DNA of 63,460 bases, filler included, from Octopus bimaculoides (lineage: Eukaryota): the NCBI RefSeq assembly GCF_001194135.2. It is 6 parts of 5 records of this genome, joined end to end, with 100 filler letters (N's around TTAATTAATTAA, not from the genome) between each part and the next. Parts side by side here need not be neighbours in the genome. Positions count along the whole stretch, not along the records: positions 1 to 20,568 come from NC_068999.1; 5 more parts are not named here. One strand, 5' to 3'. Positions 1 to 11,618 of the stretch are shown here, piece by piece (positions within the stretch are counted from its first letter, which is position 1; each line of letters begins with the position of its first letter). The notes under the pieces are model-generated. The model had not been told where the DNA came from and did no database searches. It saw only the letters and a program-made list of their open reading frames with translations. Position numbers and translations under genes: made by a program.

Positions 1-35
1 ATATATATATATATATATATATACATACATACATA

Positions 36-280
36 TTCAGGATTAAATAAAAAGACAACAAACGGAAAATATGACATACCTATATATAATTAAGAAAACG
101 TTTAGTAAATAAATAAACGAACATATACTAAATACACAGGCAAACAGGAACAGAGAAGGTCACCAATTCTCCATCAGTTATCGGCCAGAGGGTCAAATGC
201 AATTTCAGCCATTATCGATAGTAGTGCTTCCCACCTGGAGGCACCGACGAAAAACTTGCTGAGAATGGGACCAAACATAA
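36..280. repeat. Dispersed repeat copy abutting a (TA)n tract (unclassified family)
   Basis: TTCAGGATTAAATAAAAAGACAACAAACGGAAAATATGAC... recurs at 29675-29920, 30491-30545 and, more diverged, at about 53415-53450. Confidence 0.75.
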
Positions 281-579
281 TGTTTGTTGCCACGGTAGCA
301 ACGCAGTTCCATACAAAACAAGCATGTTGAAGTGGCAACAAATATTACGTTTCAGTATTGTTTCTACCTGCATCTCTTATAGAGATTTTAGAACTAGCTA
401 CTTTGCTTGAATAGAAATGGCTTTTCTGATAATTTTTCCACTTTAATAATTAGATGTTTTAACCTATAAGCATCTACTTATTAAAGTAGAAAAAACTATT
501 AGAAAAGTCATTTCTATTCATTGTTTCAGATATATAATATTATACCAATGACTTTCTATTTCTGATTCTGCTATACATA

Positions 580-605
580 CATACATACATACTACATACA
601 TACAT

Positions 606-652
<47 letters not shown>
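580..652. repeat. (ATAC)n/(CA)n compound microsatellite
   Basis: Direct reading. Confidence 0.95.
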
Positions 653-654
<2 letters not shown>

Positions 655-750
655 AATAAGAATAATGTGAATGGGGATTTGAGAGTATTACTACCCATGT
701 TTACATAGTGGATTTACTCAGAACACGAGTGCTGCTATGTAGCTTGACGT

Positions 751-804
751 GAAACATTCTGTAACATTCTGTAACATTCTGTAACATTCTGTAACATTCT
801 GTAA
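751..804. repeat. 10-bp tandem repeat (GTAACATTCT) x about 5.4
   Basis: Direct reading; it causes the repeated MLQNVTECYR in ORF 735..941. Confidence 0.95.
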
Positions 805-1320
805 AGTTTATGTTTCCATAAAGAGCCCGTTGTATCAGATAATACATCTCCGAATAATTTTTTTAGATATGTCACTAAGTATTTTAGTGACATATAACAG
901 TTCCATGCAGGGAGTATACATTTATAGAAAGTTAAACACACAGGAAATAAATAAACTTTGAATGGGTGTATTTAAGGTAGCCATCAATCAGCTCTCTTAA
1001 TGTCAGTCAACTAAGTTATTGTGTGTGGTCTTTAAAAGGGGCATAATGTTACATAGTCTTGCGTCAGGTTTCATAACAGCACTCGTGTTCTGAAGAACTA
1101 TGTTATAGAAACATATGCAGTAATAATATCTGGAAATAACCATTCGTTTTATTCTTATTACTATAAATTACACCGCGTCAAATGTACCAATTATTCCTTT
1201 TATACGTACTTGGAGTTTCAGGTTACCCAGTACCAGTGAACTACGGTTTCGGACCTGTATTGACTATTGGTCCCAACGTTTAAATTACTTGGAATATTCG
1301 GAATTAACTTAACACGGAGG

Positions 1321-1404
1321 TATACATACATACATACATACATACATACATGCATACATAGATACATACATACATAATACATACATACATACATACATAC
1401 ATAC
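1321..1404. repeat. (ATAC)n microsatellite
   Basis: Direct reading. Confidence 0.95.
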
Positions 1405-1833
1405 ATTATATGACTGTGTTATATATATTTAGATATATAATGACTGCATTAAGTCGTAACAGCTATTGTAAATTTTAAACGCCATTTGTGTTCACTTATA
1501 TATATATATATGATACACAGATAGGTATTTTAATCTAATACGGTTTCTGTTGTATACAAGGGTTTTATTCAGCCGAGTGGCTATTTGCAACACCACTAAT
1601 TGTTCATTCACTGCTTTCCTATAAGGGTAGCGACAGATTTCGTCTTAGAATGACGTTGGCGACTGACAACACGCAATGAAGCAGACATTCGCATTTAGGG
1701 TCATCACAAACTGCTGTTGGATGATTTTCTCCGGCTTTTGATATATATCGTATTTTCAAACACAGAACGTCTCTAAGAGATATCTCCAGACGAATACCGT
1801 ATTCAGTATAATACTACTTCTGTTGCATATAAT

Positions 1834-1962
<129 letters not shown>

Positions 1963-2420
1963 CTTGTGAGTATGTATTTATATAAGTAAATATCATGAGA
2001 TGAAATCAAGTATTGATATTTTAAATGCATTTAATACATGTGCTTCAGAACATTACGTAAGGGAGGAAAAGATTTTATCAAAAGAGTTCATTTCAAAATC
2101 TGCTGAAATGCCTAAACTGAAGAAGATGTTACGTAAAAGATGAATTCTTTTTTTTTTCTCTTGCACAATGAGCTGAAAGACGTGTATTAAATTCATTCAA
2201 AATATCAATATTTAGTTTGATTTGATTATTATATGTTAAAGGACTCAACGTCATTACAAGCAAGCCTCTCCTTCGTTTGCACGGATGGAGAATTCTTTGC
2301 TCCTTTATGTAACACGAATCGTGTGTGTATGAGTGTGTGCGTATGAGTGTGTATGTATGTGTATGTATGTGCCTGCCTGTGTATTATTATTATTGTTGTT
2401 ATTATTATTATTATTATTAA

Positions 2421-2630
2421 GGCAGCGAGCTTAGAATCGTCAGCACGACGGGCAAAATGCTTAGCAACATTTCGTCCGTCTTTGAGTTCTGAGTTCATAT
2501 TTTGCCGAAGTCGGCTTTACCTTTCATTCTTTCAGGGTCGATAAAATAAGTACCAGTTCAACATAGGAATCAACGTAAGCGACTTACTCCCTTCCCTGAA
2601 ATTGCTGGCATTGTGCCAAAATTTCAAATC
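2421..2630 (+). mobile_element. tRNA-derived SINE, family A (GGCGAGCTGGCAGAATCGTTAGC head)
   Basis: Many homologous copies in the window on both strands; B-box-like GAGTTCA(A/T)AT; microsatellite tail. Confidence 0.75.
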
Positions 2631-2656
2631 GTTATTATCATTGTTGTTATTTTTAG

Positions 2657-2831
2657 GGCAGCAAGCTGCGAATCGTTAGCATGCCACACAAAATGCTTAG
2701 CGGCATTTCGTGTTCTGAGTTCAAATTCCGCCACAGCCGACTTTGTCTTTCATCCTTTTGGGGTCGATAAAATATGTAATCGACTTCCTTCTCTTCTCCA
2801 AAACTGCTGGACCTGCACCAAAATTTGAAAC
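2657..2831 (+). mobile_element. SINE family A, internally deleted copy
   Basis: Homologous to 2421-2630; contains GAGTTCAAATTCCGCC B-box-like motif. Confidence 0.7.
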
Positions 2832-4476
2832 ATTAAGGTAGCGAGTTGGCGGAATCGTTAGCACGTCGGACCAAATGCTTAGCAGTATTTGGTCCGACGC
2901 ACTAATTGGGAATATTAGTAGCGGCCATTGGAAATAGTAGGTGCGCTTTCTGCTTGTTGTCAGTAACATGTATATAAAGTTTGATAGTATGTGTGCGCGC
3001 GCACACGTGTATGTGTGTATGCTTACATTCCGCCGAGACCGACTTTGTCTTTAATCCTTTTGACGTCTATGAAATAAGTACCAGTAGAGCAGTAATCGAC
3101 TAGGCACCCACCGAATTTCAAGCCTCGTTCCTTATAATAGAAAGGATTATTGTTGTTGCTGTTTTTGTTGTCTTGTTAGATTATTCTCAAATTCCATTCA
3201 GAGTCGTTAAGATAAGGTAGCACTCAAGTACTGGCGCGATGTCATCGACCAAATCTTTACCTGAAAACTCTTGCTTTTTGTGTGACTCAGAAACAATAAT
3301 TGCTGTTATTGTTGTTGTCACTATCAATGTTGTTCATCCCCAGTTCAATGATTGAGCAAGCCTATGATTAAAGATATTTCAACCATCACCATCTCATCTC
3401 TTTCCTAAACCTTAGCTAATGTGTTCATTTCTACGTTGGTCGGATGCGATTTGAGTGAGTTTTGAGCGGCTGTTTCTAGCCAGTCGGATGATCTCGTAGA
3501 CATGCGTAACGTTTTGTTGTATTGTTGTTATTGTTGTTGATGTTGTTTAGCTTCGGATAACCCTGATTCAGTGTATCTATAAACCTGTGATCAAAAGCGT
3601 TCCAGCCATAACCAATCAGTCTGTTAAGGTATCGAGCTGGTAGAATCGTTAGCGCGCCGGACAAAACGCTTAGCGGCATTTCGTATGCTTATTTTTTACA
3701 TTGACTAACGTGTCCTTCATTCTTTAGAGACAGGCGGGTGTGATTTGAAGGAGGTTCAGTTGCTATTTATACAAGAGCGAACGACCACGTACAGGCTCGT
3801 TCGTTGTTGTGGTTCTTTTGTCAGATTAAGGAATCAACACCAGGACTAAGTCACTTGAACTCGCCGAACCTTGACACAAGCTGCTGACAGACGGGATTCA
3901 CTGAAGCGTGTCAGCCCTTCCTTCCTTTCCTCCTCCTAAACCCTCTCTCAATTTCATCATCGTCTCCTCCTCCCACGTCTCCCTTCTACTCCCTTATCTC
4001 TCTCATTCTTCCTCTAACTCTTTCTCTTTGTAGCCTTAATCAGTCATCCATCCTTCCATCTATCATTGTCAGAATCTTTGTCTAACGAGGATGAGGCGGA
4101 GGGGAGGCGGAGCAGCTGTTGGGGAGGAGAGATGGTGGAGGGATTGGTGACAGGAGTTGGGTACAACACGGTGGAGGCGTGAAACGATTTCGGCTACCGT
4201 ATCTCTTTTATCTAGTTTATTTTCACGCCTCTACACTTAGAAGCACACGCACACACATATACACACACGCACACATGCACACGCAGGCACACTCAAATTC
4301 AGAAAAATAAATGTACGTACATACATGCATGTGCATACACATACGCAGACACAACACACATGCATACACACAAAGTAAACATGCACACAACACATAAATA
4401 GAAATGCGAGTGTGCGTGTGTGTTTTTACATACATGCACACATATAATGCAAAGAGTAGAAGTCATATATATATTG

Positions 4477-4597
4477 TTCCGGGTTTTTAATCCCTCTGCG
4501 TGGCACCTTGGGCAAGTGTCTTCTACTATAGCCTCGAGCCGACTAAAGCCTTGTAAGTGGAGTTGGTGGACGGAAACTGAAAGAAGCCTGCGCCTAT
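4477..4597 (+). mobile_element. SINE family C (GCGTGGCACCTTGGGCAAGTGTCTTCTACTATAGCC core)
   Basis: Homologous copies at 35359-35502 (-) and 52035-52195 (+); CCTTGGGCAAG motif resembles CORE/Meta-type SINE domains. Confidence 0.7.
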
Positions 4598-4614
4598 GTA
4601 TATTTTATCTTTCA

Positions 4615-4770
4615 TCTTTCACTTGTTTAGCCATTAGACTGTGGCCATGCTAGAGCACCACCATGAAGAATTTTTAGTTGGACGTATCGGCCTCAGTATT
4701 TATTTTTTAAAGCCTGACACTTGTACTTATTTTATCGATTGCTTTGGTTGAACCGCTAAGTTATGGGGAC
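4615..4770 (+). mobile_element. SINE-like dispersed repeat, family D (GACTGTGGCCATGCT...AACCGCTAAGTTA)
   Basis: Homologous copies at 26905-27065, 35028-35235, 52258-52405 and 62124-62215. Confidence 0.65.
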
Positions 4771-5064
4771 GGGATCTAGTTTTTTTCATTCGCAAAATAT
4801 GCATTTTTTTTTTAACAGGAAGTAAAAAAATCTGAGAATCGGCTATAATAATGTAGCCTTCCAGTCTCATTGCTTCATAAGAAAAAAAAAAATGGAGAAA
4901 AAAGTTACAGAGGTTTAAAAATCGAAAAAACTGGGTATTTTTAGCCAGTAGCGAGACATGAATTTTCTGCGTTTAGCGGTGCGGTGTCAACTTTAATGTA
5001 CCCTGTGAAATTTATAATTTAGCGTCTGACTTGTTCATTGTAGTTTCTAAATACACAGAAATAC

Positions 5065-5300
5065 CTAGTCCGAACTCACCAAGTGTCTCGAACTCCACAG
5101 GATGGAAAATGTAGTTGGCCACAGATCGCGGTATTTCACGATTTTGTTCCGCTCGGTCGCAGAAGCTGTGGATCTCGCCCTGACGGCAGCATCCAGGATG
5201 TGAGAAGAAGCAAAGGAGTCGCTAACTGTGACATCCCTATCCGTATCACCCACAGTTTCTCTGTTCCACGATATCCCTCTCAGTTCCTTTTACGTGGGCT
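5065..5300 (-). mobile_element. Restriction-like endonuclease (RLE) fragment of a CRE-like non-LTR retrotransposon, frameshifted
   Basis: Minus strand reads SWNRE...DVTVSDSFASSH...ATERNKIVKYRDL, then after a frameshift NYIFHPVEFETLGEFG. This matches the PW..G..L.WD.TV.D...AE..K..KY..L...Y.F.P..ETLG..G motif series of CRE-type RLE domains. Confidence 0.65.
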
Positions 5301-5946
5301 AAATTTCAGTGAAGCTGTTGAAATGGGAAGTCAACGGTTTAAGAAATACTCCTAATTTAAATTTTTATGAATAGAATTAAACTAGTGAAATCATAAATCC
5401 CGCTATCTGAGGCAGTGAGTCTCAAAAATATATGAAATAAAAAATATGTAAAATACGAAGACACAAAAAAAGCACAGAAAAATATGTAATATACTGACAC
5501 ACAGAAAAATTAAAATAAAAAACGCGACTGAAAAGAATCTCGTGCTGTAAAGAATCAAGTGTGAAAAATCAACATAGACAACAGCGGCACAGACAACAGT
5601 GAACCACAACACAGCGTGTGGATGTCATGGTAACAAGCTGCTAATGCCACGCTGCCTGTTGATTGGCTAAAATTACTCAAATTTCCCAACTTTAATTCCA
5701 AATAATATCAGATTCTTTAATTTACGAGATAANNNNNNNNNNNNNNNNNNNNNNNNNNNNNNNNNNNNNNNNNNNNNNNNNNNNNNNNNNNNNNNNNNNN
5801 NNNNNNNNNNNNNNNNNNNNNNNNNNNNNNNNNNNNNNNNNNNNNNNNNNNNNNNNNNNNNNNNNNNNNNNNNNNNNNNNNNNNNNNNNNNNNNNNNNNN
5901 NNNNNNNNNNNNNNNNNNNNNNNNNNNNNNNNNNNNNNNNNNNNNC

Positions 5947-5996
<50 letters not shown>

Positions 5997-6888
5997 CATA
6001 CAAGGAAACCGAACGAAAACAAACATGGAGCCTCGTTAGACCAGAACGAGGGGAAAATAGTGAATGCCGAGAGAAATATTTTCTTTGAAAAGAGAAAAGA
6101 TAGAAGACATAGATAGGAGATGTCCAGTCCTTAGAACGTCCGTGCAAGGAAAGATGTTCACGAGAGGAAAAGAAAGATGGACGATGGTGAGCAACGAGAA
6201 ACAGAAAAAAAGAAAGAGGGAGAGAGAGAGACAGATAGAAAACGGTGAAAGGGAGAAAAAAGAGAATTAGAGAAGGATGGGAGAGAAAACAGCCAGCTGG
6301 TCAACTTAAATTGTCTACCTAACTATATGGCTGTTTGTTTAAAATTACCTAAAGCTGGCGGATTTTTGTCATGATTTCTCAGACTGGAACGAACACGACA
6401 CAATAAAGTAGAGAAATTTGAAAAGACAACACGAAACCGGTTATTTCTCAAAATACAATGTTTATATACCAAAAAGATTTTCTAACATTTTTCTAACATT
6501 TTTCTTACATTTTTCTGACATAATTTAAATATATACTTTAACCATGTAACACAAGCCTTCTGTAGTTTTTTCACTCTTATTATCTTTTATATATATATAT
6601 ATACACATACTTCCACACTCAAACATACACACACAGACACACGCACACACGCGCATACACGCGCACATACATGTGCACACACGCATACACACACGCATAC
6701 ATACACACACTCACATACACCCACGCGTACACACATACGTGCACATACACACACACGTACACAAACGCATATACACATACACACGCACAAGAATGCACAG
6801 ATACCTAACCCACACAATCCCCCACACACACATTTACTCTACAGACACAACCTCATGCGTGCACACACATCCATACGTACATTCGCAT

Positions 6889-6920
<32 letters not shown>

Positions 6921-7269
6921 ACACACACTGCAAACAAAACACACACACACTACATATACATACACGCACACACACACATACTTCAAACTACCAGTTACAC
7001 ACCTTTCTACTGACCATCTTTCTACGCACATGTGTAGGTAGGCACACAACAAACAGTCACTCCTACCAAAATTCTTACTATAAATTCTTCTTATGACCTT
7101 AAACGACACTAAGTCCAACCACACACATACATAAACAGCCACAACCACACACACACACACACACACACACAGACGCACATACACGTGCTATCATTACACA
7201 CACACACATACACACACATACCTGTGCGCACGTACATACCCACACATACACACACATACCTCATTCTCT

Positions 7270-7529
7270 TGCAATATCCTGTCTTTGAAAGAACTTTATC
7301 TTCACCCATTCCCTTCCGGTTATTTCAATATGTGACCGTGTGTGTATCGTTGGCGATTTTCTTTCTCCGTCTTCCCTTCTTTGGACTTTTTCTACATTTC
7401 TGATGAAGAGCTCTGCTCGAAACGTGAAATCCTCTTTCTTTTCTTTCCTTTCCTGAGCGTCCAATGACACAGTACTTGTACCACGTCCTTGCATTGTTGT
7501 TTTTTCTTGCTTGGATTGAATATATATAT
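7270..7529 (+). mobile_element. Penelope-like terminal repeat (pLTR-type) fragment ending in (TA)n
   Basis: Pyrimidine-rich segment with a hammerhead-like core; 3' part resembles the minus-strand unit at 19870-20035. Confidence 0.55.
7396..7430 (+). ncRNA. Minimal type I hammerhead ribozyme motif, probably inactivated (G at the cleavage site)
   Basis: ATTT-CTGATGA-A-GAGC(TCT)GCTC-GAAA-CGT-G-AAAT: conserved core, 4-bp stem II, 4-bp stem I and palindromic ACGT in place of stem III. Confidence 0.65.
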
Positions 7530-8601
7530 NNNNNNNNNNNNNNNNNNNNNNNNNNNNNNNNNNNNNNNNNNNNNNNNNNNNNNNNNNNNNNNNNNNNNNN
7601 NNNNNNNNNNNNNNNNNNNNNNNNNNNNNNNNNNNNNNNNNNNNNNNNNNNNNNNNNNNNNNNNNNNNNNNNNNNNNNNNNNNNNNNNNNNNNNNNNNNN
7701 NNNNNNNNNNNNNNNNNNNNNNNNNNNNNNNNNNNNNNNNNNNNNNNNNNNNNNNNNNNNNNNNNNNNNNNNNNNNNNNNNNNNNNNNNNNNNNNNNNNN
7801 NNNNNNNNNNNNNNNNNNNNNNNNNNNNNNNNNNNNNNNNNNNNNNNNNNNNNNNNNNNNNNNNNNNNNNNNNNNNNNNNNNNNNNNNNNNNNNNNNNNN
7901 NNNNNNNNNNNNNNNNNNNNNNNNNNNNNNNNNNNNNNNNNNNNNNNNNNNNNNNNNNNNNNNNNNNNNNNNNNNNNNNNNNNNNNNNNNNNNNNNNNNN
8001 NNNNNNNNNNNNNNNNNNNNNNNNNNNNNNNNNNNNNNNNNNNNNNNNNNNNNNNNNNNNNNNNNNNNNNNNNNNNNNNNNNNNNNNNNNNNNNNNNNNN
8101 NNNNNNNNNNNNNNNNNNNNNNNNNNNNNNNNNNNNNNNNNNNNNNNNNNNNNNNNNNNNNNNNNNNNNNNNNNNNNNNNNNNNNNNNNNNNNNNNNNNN
8201 NNNNNNNNNNNNNNNNNNNNNNNNNNNNNNNNNNNNNNNNNNNNNNNNNNNNNNNNNNNNNNNNNNNNNNNNNNNNNNNNNNNNNNNNNNNNNNNNNNNN
8301 NNNNNNNNNNNNNNNNNNNNNNNNNNNNNNNNNNNNNNNNNNNNNNNNNNNNNNNNNNNNNNNNNNNNNNNATATATATATATACATATATATTTATATA
8401 TATATATATAGGTTTGATATATCATTTGTATTCTGTATAAGTCGGATCTTTTTGCATGTAAACATATATACATTTTTTTGTATTTCATGTATTAATATAG
8501 TAAAATTTATATATTGATCTAACTTGCTTATGGCTAGAGTTTAATTCTCTTGAGCACTAATAAGTGTATTCTATACGGAGATTATGTGATGCTCATCTAT
8601 G

Positions 8602-8639
<38 letters not shown>

Positions 8640-9347
8640 GTGTGTGTTAATATGTTTAAATAATATAAATATACACACATAAACATATACATACGCACAC
8701 ATAAACACGTATATACACACACGTATGTATGTTTATTGATGTAAGTATGATGAAGTGTCACTCTAATGCAATCAACCGCAAATGTTACGTAAACTTTTCA
8801 CATGAAACCGTTTACGTGCAATGGCGTTAAAAACGGAGCGCTACCGAAACAATTGTAACTGATACTGAACATATGCAGAATTCATTTACGTGCAATAATT
8901 TTTCATACACACATATAACATATTTAAATACATGCATACATACATACACGCATATACATACTACTTAAATACAAACATATAAATACGTGCATACATTCAT
9001 ATATACATACACACATATACGTACATACTACTTACATTCATACGCATATACACATATACATATACATATACGTATATATATATATATATATATATNNNNN
9101 NNNNNNNNNNNNNNNNNNNNNNNNNNNNNNNNNNNNNNNNNNNNNNNNNNNNNNNNNNNNNNNNNNNNNNNNNNATATATATACAGAGAGAGATAGAGAG
9201 GTAGATAGACAATAAATCCCTGTAATAATATCACCTTTCTGTATGTTGCTATCTTTACTGTCCCACGCCATCACTCCACCGTTGGTAGCCAATGACATTG
9301 ATGTATTTAACTGATCAGCAGGAAAGGTCAGATAGTTTAGTAAAGCA

Positions 9348-9348
<1 letters not shown>

Positions 9349-9386
<38 letters not shown>

Positions 9387-9500
9387 CGACAACGACAACG
9401 ACAACAGCGACGGCAGCGATGATGGGAAATCAATAACAACAGTAACAACGACTACAAGAATACCAACTACAACAACAATAACATCATCATAACAACAAAC
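9349..9500. repeat. (AAC)n/(GAC)n trinucleotide-rich low-complexity tract
   Basis: Direct reading. Confidence 0.9.
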
Positions 9501-9625
9501 ACTAGCAAAGACAATACTAACAAGAAAAACAACTGAAATAATAACAATGGCATCTACTGCAACGACATTCCAATATACAGCATCAAGAACAAAGAAAGAA
9601 ACAAGAACATTAGTAAAACTTATCA

Positions 9626-9812
9626 AGGCGTTAATGATGCTTGGCGGCATTTCGTCACTGTCTACGTTCTGCGTTCAAATTCCACCGAAGTCGACTTTGC
9701 CTTTCATCCTTCTGGGGGTCTATGAAATAAGTACCAGTTGATTACTGGGGTCGATGTAATCAACTTGGCCCCCTCCTTAAAAACTGCTGGTATTGTGTCA
9801 AAATTCGAAACC
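9626..9812 (+). mobile_element. SINE family A
   Basis: Homology to 2421-2630 and 13087-13295. Confidence 0.7.
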
Positions 9813-9829
9813 AATATTAGTAGAACCAA

Positions 9830-9878
9830 TTGTTCAAAGTTTGGCAGAAGGCCAGCAATTGTAGAAAGAGAGAGAGGG

Positions 9879-9914
<36 letters not shown>

Positions 9915-10065
9915 GTGTTCAACTGGTACTTCTTTATTGATCCCGGAAGGATGAAAGACGACTTGGCTCTTGGGGTAATTTGAACTCACGACGCAAAGAG
10001 CCGGAAGAAATGCCGCTAAGCATTGTGTGCGACGTACTAACGATTCTGTCCGCTCTCTGCCTTGA
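9830..10065 (-). mobile_element. SINE family A interrupted by an (AG)n expansion
   Basis: Reverse-complement homology to family A on both sides of the AG tract. Confidence 0.65.
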
Positions 10066-10089
10066 AACATGTGCGAATCATCCTTTTTA

Positions 10090-10280
10090 ATATCGGCGCA
10101 AGACTTGAAATTTTGTGGGACGTGATTAGTCATCTGGTACTTATTTCATCGATCCTGAAGGACTGAAAAGATGAAAGACAAAATCGTGCTCAGCAGGGTT
10201 TGAACTCAAAACGTAAAATGGACGAAATGCCGCTAAGTAATTTTCAGGGCGTGCTAACGATTCTGCCAGCTCCCTGCTTT
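10090..10280 (-). mobile_element. SINE family A
   Basis: Reverse complement of the family A head (GCTAACGATTCTGCCAGCTC) and body. Confidence 0.65.
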
Positions 10281-10544
10281 AACAGAACTACTAATAACGG
10301 TTTTAAAATTTGGCACAAGGCGAGCAAAATAGAGGGAAGGGATAAGTCGATTACATCGAACCCAATGCTCAACTGGTACTGTCCAGTTGGATGGACAGTG
10401 ACTAAGCTTCGAGAAGCAATCCCGACTGTTGTGAAACTGTGTAAACCCATAGTAGAAGACGAGAAGTTTTGTGCGGGGCAGAAATTGACCGACATCCATA
10501 CGGGTCCTGAATTCATGACAGTGGGGTGTGAAAGGTATATGTAT

Positions 10545-10940
10545 GTCAAATTTTTCAATAGCACCGTTCTGCCTGCGCTTTTTTTTATGCAAGTGAGACG
10601 TGGCCTACTTTTGAAAAGGATAGATCATCGATTGGCTACGACATTAGAGAGTGTGTTCAAAATGAAATAATTCGATAACAGGGCGGAATGAACGATGTGA
10701 TGACAGAGTACTGAAAGCACAATTTCTGCTGAGCCGGACATGTCGCAAGAGTCACAGACAACAGGTGGACTAGTGTAGTTGCTGACCGATATTCAGGATA
10801 TCGAGGAAGGTCAGTTGGAAGGACCTCACGACGACAGGAAAGCGGTTTGGTCAAGCAATTTGGGTCAAGGTGGAAAAGAATGGCGTAATCAGGACAACGT
10901 TGGAATTGCATTGTGACCAGCGGTGTGTAACAGTATCTTA
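10545..10940 (+). mobile_element. RTE-clade LINE 3' end, degenerate
   Basis: Frameshifted translation gives FNSTVLPAL(F)YASETW ... *AGHVARVTDNRWTSVV ... RSVGR ... FGSRWKRMA, typical RTE C-terminal motifs; followed by an (ATAC)n tail. Confidence 0.7.
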
Positions 10941-11135
10941 TAGACTGGTCGATACTATGATACATACATACATACATACATGCATGCATGCATGCATACA
11001 TATATATGCCTGCACGTGAGTTTGTGTGTGCACGCGCACGTGTGAGCACGTGTGCATGTGTGCATTATTAACCAGACATACTCAATGTATGTGCTTTGCT
11101 TTGCTTGAATATGTGGTCAATAATGCTTACAACAA

Positions 11136-11618
11136 TCTATATACATAAATGTGTAATGGTGTCGGTCTGTGTGTGTGTTTGGGGTTACTCTAACTCCTCC
11201 CACATCGTCCAACCGGTTTTAATGATTTTTGGCACATAGGTAGATCACATGCCCTGAAGTTCAAATAAAGCTAGAATTTTTCGAAAACTCGATAATGCTC
11301 AGTTGGCATCGATTTTTGTCATCGATTTTTGTAATCGATTTTTATGAGCTCAACCAGGCGTTTGAATGGAAATTCCCATAAAGGTGTTATTTTTCCTGCC
11401 GCTTTTACATTTTTTGTCCGATTTTGATGAAAATCTATGGGTGAGCGAGGCTCATGGCAGTGAGTTGATGTCAGTATATGGCGTTGACAAAAAATCGATA
11501 ATTGCACCTGAGCAGTGTTTTTATAAAATCAATAGGGTTTTTTTTGCGTTCAAATATCCATAGGGATTTTATTTTTGGCTGTAACTTTTATATTTTTCAT
11601 CCGATTTTAATGAAATTT
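11136..11618 (+). mobile_element. Non-autonomous Helitron-like element, 5' part (3' end lost in gap)
   Basis: Starts A|TCTATATACATAAATG, has a short GT tract, AACTCCTCC...CCAACCG and repeated CCGATTTT(G/A)ATGAAA motifs typical of invertebrate non-autonomous Helitrons. Confidence 0.45.
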
